A DNA stretch of 64,000 nt from Malacoraja senta (Eukaryota). The position numbers and the translations under genes are program-made. Position 1 is the stretch's first letter. Every line of letters begins with the position of its first letter. Shown here in pieces: positions 20,126-33,345 of this stretch. Under the pieces are notes generated by a model that saw only the letters and a list, made by a program, of their open reading frames with translations, did no database searches and had not been told where the DNA came from. Location of the stretch: contig JAXLNO010002966.1 in NCBI GenBank assembly GCA_038087875.1, positions 186,001 through 250,000 of the forward strand, written 5' to 3'.

Positions 20126-21608
20126 TGACACTATCCCTATTGCCTCCATGTGTATTTGATTTCTAAGGGGAAGGATGTAGATGGTTTATGCATGCAACCA
20201 ATAATATAGCTACCTCAGTACTACTAACCACGCCTTAGTTATCAAGTATAAGAACTCTCTCTCCCTCTTGCTCCTCCCTGGTTCCATCATGATGACAGAC
20301 TGGGTGCAGTAAGTGCTGGAAAGTGTTTAACCTGTGTTATCATTAAACGTTAAGTAAAGCTACATGTGAGTCAGACTTAACATCTTTACAGTAAGTTTCA
20401 ATGAGATCACCCTCATCCTTCTAAACTCCAGCGAGTAGGGGCCTAGTGCCGTCAAACGCTCATCAGAACGGAATAACAACAACTTTACTCTTCATATAAC
20501 CAATTGTGAAAATTCACACCTCCACATTCAGGGACAGTCTCTTCCCAATTGTTATCAGGCAACTGAAACCATCCTACCAACAACCAGGGTGCAGTCTTGA
20601 ACTACTGTCTCCTGCATTGGAGATCATCGGACAATCTTTGATCGGACTTTACTGCCTTTATCTTGCACTAAACGTTATTCACGTTATTCCCTTTATCATA
20701 TATCTGTACACTATGGATGGCTCGATTGTAATCATGTATTGTCTTTCCACTGACTGGTTAGCACATTTAGTTTATTTAGTTTAGAGATACAGGACGGAAA
20801 CAGGGTCCGCACCAATTCCCGCACACTAACACTATCCTACACACACTTGGAACAGGTTTACATTTATACCAACCCAATTAACCTACATACCCATAGTCAA
20901 GATCAAACCCGGCTGTGTGGCACTTAAGGCAGCAACTCCAGTGCTGCATCACCATGCTGTCCTTATTGTTGTAGGATGTGCAGGGAATGGAGGTATATTA
21001 TGTGCCGGCAGATAGGAGTTGGTCTTGGCATCATGTTCAACACAGACATTGTGGGCCAAAGGGCCTGTTCCTGTGCTATACTGATCTATTGTGGTGATTG
21101 TGAAAACACATAATAATTACTTGATTGCTGATATCTTAAGTGTATTTACTAGGTACATTAAATATTCAGACAAAACTAAATTCCATTCCTGATTCATTTA
21201 ATTCCCACACCCCATTCAGCGTGAAGCATCAACTTTCTAGAGGTAATGATATATTTATTTGCTGTTAATATTTAACTGTGAGTTTAATGTTACACCAAAT
21301 GGCAATTGGCTTGTTTCCATCAGTGTTTGCAATCTGGGTGACCCTGAATTTATTGCTTAGGTGTGAGATTCCTCGCAAGGACTGAGATGAGGCAGAAACT
21401 TGACTGTTACAGACTTTTTGGAGGGGTTTGCAAGATTTTGACCCAACACCTCCGAAGGCAAGACAATATATTTACAAGCAGCCTCAAACACACCTCAGAC
21501 AGTGTCATCAAGGCATTCATCACTGTCTGTGAAAAAACATGCCCTGCACATTTCCTTTAAACTCTCATCTTAAAGCTATGCCCTCTTGTATTCAATGTTT
21601 CCATCCAT

Positions 21609-21928
21609 GTTAAGTTTAGTTTATTTTAGTTTAGAGATACAGCGCGGAAACAGGCCCTTCGGCCCACCGGGTCCGCACCGACTAGTGATCCCTGGGAATT
21701 AGCACTACCCTACACACACTAGGGATGATTTACACATACACCAAGCCAATTAATCTACATACCTGTACATCTTTGGAGTGTGGGAGGAAACCGAAGATCT
21801 TGGAGAAAACCCATGCTGTCACGGAGAGAACGTACAAACTCCTTACAGACAGCACCCGTGGTCGGGATGGAACCTGGGTCTCCCACGCTGCAAGCGCTGT
21901 AAAGCAGCAACTCTACCGCTGCGCCACA
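21609..21928 (-). mobile_element. HE1/V-SINE-like SINE
   Basis: Full head, body and tail, as in the other copies. Confidence 0.8.
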
Positions 21929-22703
21929 GTGACTGCCCCTGTTCTGACTATCTATCCTATCTATACTTCTCATAGTATTATATCAGGTGTTCCATCAAAC
22001 TCCGGCATTCTAGCGGAAGCAATCCATGTCTGTCCATATGTTTCATGTAGCCAACACACCCTAGTCAAGGCATCATTCTTGTAAACCTCTGCACCCTTTC
22101 CAATGCCTCTACATCCTTTATGTAATGGGTCAACAAAAACTGCACATAATACTCCAAATGTGGACTACCCAAAGCCCAATAAAACTGTATTATGACTTCC
22201 TGTCTCTAGAAACCCAAGATTCAACCCCAAGATCTCTCTGTAGATTAATGCAGTTAAGGGTCTTGCCAATAACTGTATACTTTTCCTTTACATTCGACCA
22301 CTCAAAGTGTAACATACTTGCTCAAAATGAATTCCATTTGCAATTTTTCGGCCCATTTCTGTATCTGATGTATTTCCCATTGTACACTACAGACTTCTTC
22401 ACTGTTCGCAACTCCATCAATGTTGGTGGCGCCTGCAAACTAACTAACCAACCCAACCACTGGGTGGCGCCAACAATGGCTGCCTCGCCAACAGTCTGTC
22501 TTTCCCTTCCTTCTTTGTGTTTTAACAGTTTGTGTTAAATCAGGGGTTGGCAACCTACGGCCCACGGGCCGGATCCGGGCTCTAAGCCGAAATCATCCAA
22601 CCCGCAGGCGTAACACAAAACACACACAACACTTATCCGAGAGTAGTTCTCACACACACACACACACACAGCCAATTCCATATCACAACACCTGTCGACT
22701 CAA

Positions 22704-23017
22704 GGGCCTGTCCCACTGTACGAGCTAATTCAAGAGTTCTCCCGAGTTTCCCCTGATTTGAACTCAGAGAATAACGGTAATAGCCGCTCGTAGGTACTCG
22801 GGGCTCTCGTGGACATTTTTCAACATGTTTAAAAACCTTCATGAGTCTTCACGAGCTTACCGCGTTTCCCGAGTACCTGCCGTTAGCGTTACGAGCTGCT
22901 AAGAGACGTCCCGAGCTCCGACGTACCCGCTACGTACATTCTTCGTACTTACCACGAGTTTGATTTTTTTTAAACTTGGGAGAGCTCTTGAATTACCTCG
23001 TACAGTGGGACAGGCCC
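22704..23017. mobile_element. Intact MITE with ~44-bp TIRs; superfamily not assigned (TTAA-like flanks)
   Basis: GGGCCTGTCCCACTGTACGAGsTAATTCAAGAGyTCTCCCrAGTT at both ends with 3 mismatches; flanks TCAA and TTAA. Confidence 0.85.
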
Positions 23018-23374
23018 TTAAATCTCTCTCTCCGTCCCTACCCTCCCACCCCCTCTTCCATCCTCCCGACCACCCAAAGTGAAAGCGCCCCCCCACCTCG
23101 GTGCTGCGGCTTGTGTGAAACTGCGGCGGGATGAGAGCGGCTTCGACAAGGTGGTGATGGAGCGGTTTCCTCGGGAGCCCAGCGGCGGACTGGCTGGAGG
23201 AAAGCAAAGCATCAGCGGGGTCGGTGAGCAATTCCGCTCCGGCCACAGTTTTGCACTTTAGTCGTATTTGTTGCAGGGGTAATTGTCTTTTTGTTACGAT
23301 TTTTTAAAACTATAATTAATTAATTATTAACTGAATCAAAATAAGAATGCAAGGAAACAACAAGAGTCCAATCA

Positions 23375-23700
23375 GAACATAGACACAAAATGCTGGAGTA
23401 ACTCGTCGGGACAGGCAGCATCTCTGAAGAGAAGGAATGGGTGACATTTTGGGTCGAGATCCTTCTTCAGACTGATGTCAGGGGAATGGCAGGTCGATAG
23501 CTAAGGAAGCATATAGATAAGGATGTGTGAGATGTGAAAACAGGACAAAGGGAATGGAGATCAAGGAAAATGTAGCAACAAAGGAAACAGAGATAAAGAA
23601 GGGAAACTCTCGGAAAAGATTGACAAGGGGGGGATCTGCTACATCGTGAGAAGCTGAGGTAAATATAACACCTTTATTTAACAGCAAGCTTCTTCGATAA
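23375..23700 (-). mobile_element. Penelope-like 3' region with a degenerate hammerhead (23443-23470)
   Basis: Terminal repeat motifs; minus-strand CTGAAGAAGGATCTCGACCCAAAATGTC. Confidence 0.65.
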
Positions 23701-25114
23701 ACAAATAGGTAACAAGCCAACAGACGGTTACACTGATAAAGTTATACCAACAAGGGTGTTTGCAGGTTCAAGTGCAACATAAACTCTGGCCTTGAAGTAT
23801 GATACTGTTTGGTTGGTTTCTGTGTGCATACGCAATGAGATTCTTTACAATCTAAATCAGAATATGAAAAACTGAGAAAAATGTAAAATATATAGATTCA
23901 TTCTTGCAAAACCTTTCACAACATTTTAAAAACATTTAGAACCACTGAGTATTTCTTGAAATGTAAACACTATTGAATGAATAAACAAAGAACATTGAGC
24001 AGGATGACACAGGGATAAGCCCTAGCATCACAACGTCTGTGCTGGCCATGTTGCCATTACAAACTAATCCCATCTTCCTGCACATGGTCTATCCAGACTG
24101 AAGAAGGGCATCGATCCAAAACATCACCCAGTCCTTCTCTCCTGAGATGCTGCCTTTCCCGCTGAATTACTCAAGACTTTGTGTCTACCTTTGGTTTAAA
24201 CCAGGATCTGCTGTTCCTTTCCACACACCCCTTCATTTCCTCTCTGTTCACATGTCAGGACCCAAGAGAGACAGGAGAAAGCTTCTTTAATGAAATGTCT
24301 AATTAAATGTTCCAACAACAGAACAACTACATTATTACATGCAGCAGTCTAACAGGCCCATAAACAGAGTATAAATTGATAAAAAAAGATAATAATTAAA
24401 AAAAAAATAAAAGAGCCACTGTGTGGCGCGACAGTCAAAATCAATTTATTAGTTAACATAAAACATAGAGCAGTACCACATATATGCCTGTTTAAATGCC
24501 TTTAAACATTGCTATCATATCTATTTCCACTACTTCCTCTGACAGCATGCTCCAAGCACCCACCACTGTGTAAAAAATCATTTAAGATTTACTCCTCTCT
24601 GTCTCTCATAATTATATATACTTCCATCAGGTGTCCCCCACCCTCCTCATATTCCAACTCCACAAGAGCAAATGATCTAAGTTTGTCCAACCTGTCCTCA
24701 CAGCTGACACTCTCAAACACTGCTTCCAATTTTCATTCAAAGGGAAATGTGACGAGCGACAGATGATCTGTGTTCTTCGGTGGTATCAACTGCAAGATGA
24801 ATATCAATGAGGATTCTGGGATTAACCTGTATTCCTTAAATAACGTTTTGGGATTCTTTTTTAGAGGGCTGAAATATATATCAGGCCATTCAGCCCACCG
24901 AATCCACACCAGTCATTGACCATCCGTTCACACCAGTTCAGTGTTATCACATTTATGCATCACATCTTGACTTCACGGAGGCCAATTAAGCAACAAGCCA
25001 GCATGTGGTGTACGAGGAAGTTGGAGCACCTGGAGGTAGCCAGCGCAGTCACAGGGGGAAGGTGCAAACTCCACACGGACAGTACTTGAGGGCAGGATCA
25101 AGGCCAGGTCATAA

Positions 25115-25655
25115 GGAATGGGTGTAGAATTAGGCCATTCGGCCCATCTAGTTCACTCCACCATTCAATCATTACTGATCTATCTCTCCATCCTCACCCC
25201 AATTCTCGTGCCTTCTCCCCATAACCTCGGACACTTGTACCAATCAAGAATCTATCTATCTTCGACTTAAAAATATCCAGACGGCCTCCACAGCCTTCTG
25301 TGGCAACAAATTCCATGGATTTGCCACCCTCTGCCTTAAGAAATTTCTCCTCATCTTCCTAAAAGAACGTCCTTTAAATCTGAGGCTATGGCCTCCAGTC
25401 CTAGACTCTCTCACTAGTGGATACATCCTCTCCACATCCACTCTATCCAAACCATTCACTATTCTGCAGGTTTTAATGAGGTCCCCCCTCATTCTTCTAA
25501 ACTCTAGAGAGTACAGGCCCAGTGCTAACAAATGTTCATGATAGGTTAACCTACTCATTTCTGGGATCATTGTTGTAAACCTCCTCTGGACACTCTCCAG
25601 AGCCAGCACATCCTTCCTCAGATATAGTGCCCAGAATTGCTCACAATATTCTCTA
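25115..25655 (-). mobile_element. CR1 3' fragment
   Basis: YCEQFWALYLRKDVLALESVQRRFTTMIP..RMRGDLIKT. Confidence 0.85.
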
Positions 25656-26692
25656 GCACTGAGGGAGCAGCTCTGCCAGTTGTGCCATTGTGTCGGCCTG
25701 GTAGTATTTTGGTTTAACATGTGGTAGTAAAATTGCATCACAAACTCTGCAGAACGCCCTGTATAGCACTAGATTCCACTGATGTTTCTTTGGTGGGATA
25801 TTGACCCGTGGCTCTCTGACTGAGAATGGAGATATGCTGTGGCTGACACCCAATGAAAAAAATGTTTTGCACACAACTCACAGTTACTTCTTGCCTGGGT
25901 GGATGGAGCCCGCAGCGGGGGCTTGGGTCAGTGCCACGAAGGTGTCCGGAGAGGACCCGGCAGTGTTAGTGAAGAGGCCGGTGTGGCGGTCGATGATGGC
26001 GCCTACCGATGGACGAGGATGGAGACGTGGAATTGAGGACGCCGCTGCCGAGGGAAGGAGCAAAGGAGGACCTGGCGTGGGGGAACGGAAATTTGTAACT
26101 TTGTAAGCGCCCTTTATGGGCAACTATTTCCATACCTTGTGTGTGCAAGCAAAGAATGTCACTGAGCCTTCAAAGTATTCAATTCAATCAACAGCCACCT
26201 CTCATAATCTATTGATAACAGGCCTTTTGTTACAAGATGGCATTCTCTGGAAAGGCGTAGGTTATTAAAAAATGTTTTAATCAATTTCTCTGATAAAAGT
26301 GCACTGACCTCTTGTTCTGCTTTAGCTGTAAGTAGACACACTCTACAGTAACTTTCTCACATGACCGAACTTTGAAGATCAGTTCTCACATGGTATGTTT
26401 GAGAGCTATTTCCATTTACTGGGAGACATCACAGCCTAGCCTGAACTAGACTGCATGCTACTCCATAGTTAATGGTGAGATCAAGGCTTTTTGTCTGTCA
26501 GTCTGATATTGATTACAGTTGAATTCAGGAAACCCAATACCAAGCACAGCCTTTCACGAGGAAAATCAAACAAATTGTGGCATTTATTAAAGAAATACTC
26601 ACTCTCCCTATTGGACAATGTTAATGAATTCTGCTTTCAAACAATGAGTTCAAACCATGCTAAACAAGTCCAAAACATTCTTAATGTAAACA

Positions 26693-27078
26693 AAGGAACT
26701 ACAGATGCTGGTTTAAGCCGAAGATAGACACAACATGTTGTAGTAACTCACAGGCACAGGCAGCATCTCTGGATAGAAGGAATGGGTGATGTTTTGGGTT
26801 GAGATCCATTGGGGGGGGGAAATCCTCCTGGCCTATGTGTAAATCGCATGTCAATGAGAATGGAGATGTTGACTGTGAAATGGAAGTCAGTGGGATTTGG
26901 ATGGAAATGTGAACTTATAAAATTTAAAAGTAGTCTATTGGATCTGAACACATCTTGGTCTGAAGTAGGGTCTCGACCCACAATGTTACCCATTCCTTCT
27001 CTCTAGAGATGCTGCCTGTGAGTTACTCCAGCATTTTGTGTCTGTCTTCCGTGTAAACTGGCATCTGCAGTTCTTTCC
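26693..27078. mobile_element. Foldback of Penelope-like terminal repeats (~115-bp arms around a ~150-bp spacer)
   Basis: 26693-26806 is the imperfect reverse complement of 26957-27078; both hammerhead motifs are degenerate. Confidence 0.7.
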
Positions 27079-27789
27079 TGCACATTTGGTATGTGAATCA
27101 GTATTGTGTGAATGGATAATTTTTTTGAATGGGGATGTTCTTCAGAATGGTGTTGGTGGATACATTTTTGAATGGGGTATGTGATTCACCATGGTGTGAA
27201 TGGAGGAATTTTGGAACGGGGCATGTGATTCAAAATGGTGTGAACAAATCAAGTTTATCAATGACACCTACATTTATGCAATTAATCTATATTTATCATA
27301 TCTAATTTTATAACATAAATATGAACTTCAAATTGAATTAATTATGTTCCACCCTGTTACTTGATCTTTTAGATAGTTGAGAAGGTATTGAAAGAGTTCC
27401 TTGTTCACTCAAGACCACAGGCAATAGTGGACAGTTTATCAGCAAACACTTGGCCCAGTGCCTGAGGTGCTCCAGTCACTAAGTGATGGATATGTATTTG
27501 TCATTCCACAAATCTCACATTGTGTAAGAGGTTGGGGCTGGAGTCTCAGCCCAACAGATCAGTCAGAAGAGGTACAGGAACAGAGGCAGGGTGAATGTGT
27601 GCTTTGTAGACTATCAGATACAGAATATTACAGGTCAGGAACTCACCCTTTGGCCCACAATTTATATGCCAAATGTAATGCCAAGATAAACTGACCTAGT
27701 CGAATGCAAACAGAAATTTTACATTCGATGAACACTTTCACATCATACAACCCATCTCCAATGAAAATTATCTCCTTCCTTCCATGACT

Positions 27790-29420
27790 TTTAAACATAG
27801 AAACATAGAAAATAGGTGCAGGAGGCCATTCGGCCCTTCGAGCCAGCACCGCCATTCATTATGATCATGGCTGATCGTCCCCTATCAATAACCCATGCTT
27901 GCCTTCTCCCCATATCCCTTGACTCCACTAGCCCCTAGAGCTCTATCTAACTCTCTGTTAAATCCATCCAGTGATTTGGCCTCCACTGCCCTCTGTGGCA
28001 GGGAATTCCATAAATTCACAACTCTCTGGGTGAAAAAGATTTTTCTCACCCGAGTCTTAAATGACCTCCCCTTTATTCTAAGACTGTGGCCCCTGGTTTA
28101 GTTATGGAGTCATAGAGTGATATAGTTTGGGAACAGACCCTTCGGCCCAACTTGTCCACACCGGCCAACATGTCCCAGCTACACTAGTCCCACCTGCCTG
28201 CCTTTGGTCCATATCCCTCCAAACCTGTCATATTAATGTACATGTCTAACTGTTTCTTAAACGAGGGGATAGTCCCAGCCTCAATTACCTCCTCTGGGAG
28301 CTTGTTCCATACACCCACCACACTTTGTGTGAAAAAGTTACCCTTCGGATTCCTATTAAATCTTTTCCCATTGACCTTGAAACTATGTCATCTGGTCCTC
28401 GATTCCCCTACTCTGGGCAAAAGACTCTGTGCATCTACCCGAACTATTCCTCTCATGGTTTTGTATACCTCTTACAAGATCACCCCTCATTCTCCTGCGC
28501 TCCAAGGAATAGAGACCCAGCCTACTCAACCTCTCCCTATAACTCACACCCTCTAGTCCTGGCAACATCCTTGTAAATATTTTCTGACCAGTTTCAAGCT
28601 TGACAACATATTTCCTATAACATGGTGCCCAGAACTGAACACAATATTCTAAATGCGGTCTCACCAATGTCTTATACGACTGCAACATGACCTCCCAACT
28701 TCTGTACTCATTATTCTGACTGATGAAGGACAATGTGCCAAAAGCCTTTTTGACCACCTTATATACCTGTGACTCGACATTTAAGGAACCATATAACCAT
28801 ATAACCATAACAGCACGGAAACAGGCCATCTCGGCCCTTCAAGTCCGTGCCGAACATTAAATTTTTTTTTTTTTTTTTTTAATTTTTATTTATTTATATT
28901 TAAGTACAACCTTGCACTTGTACTCCTAGATCCCTCTCCTCTCAACACTCCCCAGAGACAGACCATTTACTGTGTTAGACGTCCCAAAGAGCAACACCTC
29001 ACACTTCTCTGTATTAAATTCCATCAACCATTCCTCGGCCCACTGGCCAATCGATCCAGATCCTGCTGCAATCGTTCACAACCATCGTCTACCTGCAATT
29101 GTTCACAACCATCTTCACTATCTGCAAAACCACTCACTTGTGTATCATCAGCAAACTCGCTAATCTTGGATAATTATATCATCCAAATCAATTATGTAGA
29201 TGACAAACAGTAACGGGCCCAGCACCGAACCCTGAGTCACACCACTAGTTACATGCCTCCAATCAGTGAAGCAACCTTCCACCATCATCCTCTGCTTCCT
29301 TCCATGGAGCCATTTGCTATCCATTCAGCTATCTCTCCTTGGATCTCATGTGATCAAATATTCCAGAGCAGCCTACCATGCTACCTATTCAAATACCTTT
29401 CTGAAATCCATGTACACAAC
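27790..29420 (-). mobile_element. Stacked CR1 fragments
   Basis: VKKAFGTLSFISQNNEYRSWEVMLQSYKTLVRPHLEYCVQFWAPCYRK, several CR1 tails, and an RT-region fragment at about 28900-29420. Confidence 0.8.
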
Positions 29421-29604
29421 ATCTACAGCTCTGTAGAGCTTCCACAGCTCCAGTTGTGCAAAGTCATGGAGAACACATCTCCGGTCAGTCAGCTAATTTC
29501 CATTGTGTTTAGTGTGTTGGACTGAGGGGAAAAAATGGGATTAAAGGATGAGATTCATTCTCCAGGTGCTGTGATACATTGTAAATGGATCGATTGTAAT
29601 GTGT

Positions 29605-29795
29605 ACGAAGGAACTGCAGATACTGGTTTAAACTGAAGGTAGACATAAAAAAGCTGGAGTAACTCAGCGGGGCAGGCAGCATCTCTGGAGAGAAGAATTG
29701 AAGAAGGGTCTCAACCCGAAACATCACCCATTCCTTCTCTCCAGAGATGCTGCCTGTCCTGCTGAGTTACTCCAGCTTTTTGTGTCTATCTTCAG
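29605..29795. mobile_element. Foldback of Penelope-like terminal repeats with a degenerate hammerhead (29698-29725)
   Basis: aaaaagctggagtaactcagcggggcaggcagcatctctggagagaag is inverted after ttgaagaagggtctcaacccgaaacatc. Confidence 0.7.
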
Positions 29796-30559
29796 ATCAA
29801 TTACAATCATGTATTGACTTTCTGCTGACTGGTTAGCACACAACAAAAGCTTTTCACTGTAAACAACTTTCACTGTTTCACAATAAACTAAACTGAACTG
29901 AGACTATTAATACGTCATACCTGTGCATAAACCTGGGCAAATGAATTTTAAAATCATTCTTGACTATAACCTGCTTATTTATTCAAGTGACAGTGGGTGC
30001 ATTGATCCAATGGTTCAATGATACTTTATTGTCGCATATACCTGGGTTCAGTGAAATTCCTTTTTGCATACAGTTCTGTCAAACATTTACAATATACAAG
30101 GACAATCATACTTTAGTACAAGACTACAGGAAATATAGATTACATTGAGACAATACAAGAGTTACCACATTTCCACTAACATTTTGCATAAATCAAAACT
30201 CCAAAGTTGTAAACAATGTAGTGATTTAACTTGACCTTATAACCTATTGCTTTGGTGGCAGCACTGGTTTGGAGCTGCAGGGTTTAGCCCACATTATTTG
30301 GTATTAGTGTAAAGTTCACAATATCAGGATTAATCTTGCATGGAACAGACACTGGTCCACGGCCCTAACTTGAATCTGACTTTATGAAATAATTGAGCAT
30401 TGTACACTTGGCCAGACATTCCTTATCAAGATTACTAGAAGCGACAACCTGCCCTGCCAATGTTACCTCAAAGTGACTATGAGTGTGATGAACATGGATT
30501 GACTTGGAACGTTTCCTGAAAGATCAGCACACATTGAAATGATAACGCAATCAACTGTT

Positions 30560-30880
30560 ATTCGATGCATAGATTACTTTGCCCAGAGTAGGGGAATCGA
30601 GGACCAGAGGACATAGGTTCACGGTGAAGGCGAAAAGATTTAATAGGTATCAGAGGGGTGGTGGGTTTATGGAACAAGCTGCCAGAGGAGGGAGTTGAGG
30701 CTGGGACTATGCTATTGTTTAAGAAACAGTTGGACAGGTACATGGATAGGACAGGTTTGGGTGGATATGGACCAATCGCAGGCAAGTGGGACCAGTGTAG
30801 CTGGGACATTGTTGGCCGGTGTGGGCGAGTTGGGCCGAAGGACCTGTTTCCAAACTGTATCACTCTATGACTCTATGATA
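30560..30880 (+). mobile_element. CR1 3' fragment
   Basis: VGLWNKLPEEGVEAGT..FKKQLDRYM and the CR1 tail. Confidence 0.8.
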
Positions 30881-31279
30881 TTATTAATAAAATTAATTAA
30901 CGACAATCAAGTAGATTGTTTGAAGCTGTTCCCATTCCTTATGCAGATACCAAGTAACCCAATCAAGGTAAATCAATGTTAGGTGCCTGGAAAATGTACT
31001 CACTAATCAAGATCTGGGACTTTAGTGACCTTCCTTCCATTATAAAGTCAAAAGTGATTGTCTGCTGTTGATTGCACAATGCTCAATTTAATTTCCTCGT
31101 TTATTCACTGCACAAGTTTTAACCAGCGACAAAACACACTGCAGATACGTGTCGTCTAGCCCATGAGAACATTCCAAACTCAACATCTCAAGCACAAGAA
31201 CAACAAGGTCAGCAGATGTGTGAGAACCTGACCTGGTATCCATCCTGACTTAGAATTGAATCACCATTTGTTCATAATT

Positions 31280-31600
31280 GAGTTTGGTTTAGAGATATGT
31301 CATGCCGGCAGTTCGAAATAAACAGGTCAGGAGAGGGTAGAAGGCCGGCACAGGGGGTCAAAGAGGAGGGGGAATGTTGGATACGGAGGACGGTGTTTTC
31401 ACTGGGACGTGAGGACTCCTTCCCGTAGAAAAAGGCTCGGAAGCGGAGGCAACTGAAGAAGAGCTCTACATCATGGTAAGCCCTGAACTTGTTGAAGTGG
31501 GGGGTGTAGGGGTACAAAGGTAAGGCCTCTGTTCAAGACTGACTGGTCTGTATCAGAAGGAAGTCGCGCGGGGGGGGGGGGGAGAAGGATCCCAGAGAGC
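31280..31600 (-). mobile_element. Penelope-like ORF N-terminal fragment
   Basis: SVLNRGLTFVP..FNKFRAYHDVELFFSCLRFRAFF, the conserved region upstream of the RT in Penelope-like elements. Confidence 0.7.
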
Positions 31601-31829
31601 TCTACCATACATTGTAGGGGCCAACAGTCAATGGCCGAAAACTGGGACTGCAAACCATGTGAGTTGATGTATTTGGCCGGCTGGTGGCCGGTGACGAGGC
31701 GAGGAGCGGCGGAGTCAATGGGCCCACGAGGGGCTAGAGTACAGGTGAAGCTTGGAGGCAAACATGGCCTGGAAGCTTTGTGGGCCGATGGTGGCATCGG
31801 CAACAGTGTCAGTAGGTCAGGCCTGGAAG

Positions 31830-32790
31830 CTCCATTAACCATTCTTCAGCCCACTTGTCTCACTGATCAAGATCCAGCTGTAATTTTTGATAACTATGTT
31901 CACTGTTTATGATACCAACTACGTCAATGTCATCTGCAAAGTTTCTAATCATGCTGCACATTTTCATCTAAGTTGCTCATATAAACCACAATCAGCAATT
32001 GTGTCCCTCAGGGATCAGCACTGATCCCTGAGGGACACCTCTAGTCACAGGCCTCCTGTGTGAAAAGCACTTCCACTATCACCCTATGCTTCCTTCCATG
32101 AACCTAATTCATTGGTTAGGCAGCTAGTTCTCCCTGAATGCCATGAGCTCTAATCATCAAGGGCAGCCTAGCATGCAGAAAATTATCAAAGGCCTTGCTG
32201 ACGACCATATGTACAATGTCTATGACCTTATCATCATCAACCTTCTTGGTTACTTTTTCCAAAAACTACCAGATTGGTGAGGTATGATGTCCCACGTCCA
32301 AAACCACGCTGACCAGCCCCCGTCTCTTCAAATGCATATTTATCTTCTCTCTCTGAATCCTCTCCAGTAACTTACCTACCGCAGATTGTAGGCCCACTGA
32401 TTTATAGTTTCTAGGTTTTGCCCTATAGTCCTTCTTAAATAGATGCACAACATTTGCCACCCTCCAGTTATCCGGCACCTCACCCATGTCTAACAATGAT
32501 TCATATCTCTCAGTCAGGGCGCTTGCAATTTCTTCTCTAGCTCCCCACATTGTCCTCAGATATATGTGATCAGGTCTGGGTGAATTATCTACTTTCATAT
32601 ATCTTAGGATTTCCAGCACATCATCGGGCATAACACGGACTGTCCTCCAGACATCTCCATTTCCTGTTGCAAGCTCCCTCATCTTCAAATCTTTCTCCAC
32701 AGTAAAAACAGGGGAGAAATACTCATTGAAGATCTTGCTCATCTCATGCAGCTCCTCACAGAGATGACAGCTTTTATTTTCTGAGTGGAT
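31830..32790 (-). mobile_element. CR1 RT 5' region fragment
   Basis: NEYFSPVF..DNSPRPDHIY..VPDNWRVANVVHLFKK..PRNYKSV.L.S.VGKLLERI. Confidence 0.8.
32001..32038. repeat. Perfect 18-bp inverted repeat with a 2-nt spacer
   Basis: GTGTCCCTCAGGGATCAG-CA-CTGATCCCTGAGGGACAC. Confidence 0.95.
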
Positions 32791-32829
32791 TTATTCTTTA
32801 TCAAGTTACCCTCATTCATTTAATGTAGG

Positions 32830-33345
32830 AGTGAAGAAGACTGTAAAAACTTGTGAACACTGCCCAGTCCATCACGGGTTCTGACCTTCCTACCATCGAA
32901 GGAAGCTCAAAAAGGCAGCAAGCATCACCAGAGACCCACACCACCCTGGCCACACACTTATTTCACCCCTGCCATAGGGTAGAAGGTACAGGAGCGTTAA
33001 AACTGTAACGTCAGGTTCAGGAATAACTTCTACCCTACAGCCTTTAGGCTATTAAACACTACAGCCTTAAACAAGCTCTTAACTACATAGACTATTATTG
33101 TTATTGTTGCACCATTATGGTTTGTATTTTGTGTGTACATATGAGTGTGTGTGTGTATATATATATATACACGAATATGATCTGTATATATGTGTATTTG
33201 TGAGTATGTGTATATATACACACCCAGATATTTTTATTTCTTGTTTCTTATATTGTTTACAGTGTACTATGTTTACATATTCTGTTGTGCTGCTGCAAGT
33301 AAGAATGTCATTGTTCTATCTAGGACATATCTATATAACTAAAAG
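32830..33345 (+). mobile_element. Rex1/Babar-like LINE 3' end; related tails near 12700-12925, 13225-13430 (-), 20480-20765 and 40330-40625
   Basis: AASITRDPHHPGHTL..GRRYRSVKTV followed by the gtgctgctgcaagtaagaat tail. Confidence 0.6.

Larger units (their letters stand above)
17647..20390 (+). mobile_element. Ty3/Gypsy-type LTR retrotransposon, internally deleted (2744 bp)
   Basis: Two 215-bp TG..CA LTRs (17647-17861, 20176-20390) differ at 4 positions. 5-bp TSD GTAAG (17642-17646, 20391-20395). PBS TGGTGTCAGCAAGT from 17862 (tRNA-Leu-like). PPT AAGGGGAAGGA at 20165-20175. Confidence 0.95.
17283..20470 (-). mobile_element. CR1 3' fragment (17283-17646 plus 20391-20470) interrupted by the LTR element
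   Basis: ccaggcctttcactatttggtaag rejoins tttcaatgagatcaccctcatccttctaaactccagcgag, as in the CR1 copy at 25115-25655. Confidence 0.8.

Noticed and set aside
30947-30967. 21-nt micro-exon candidate (ccttatgcag|ATACCAAGTAACCCAATCAAG|gtaaat)
   Set aside because: Splice-like signals only, with no partner exons or homology; such matches are common by chance.
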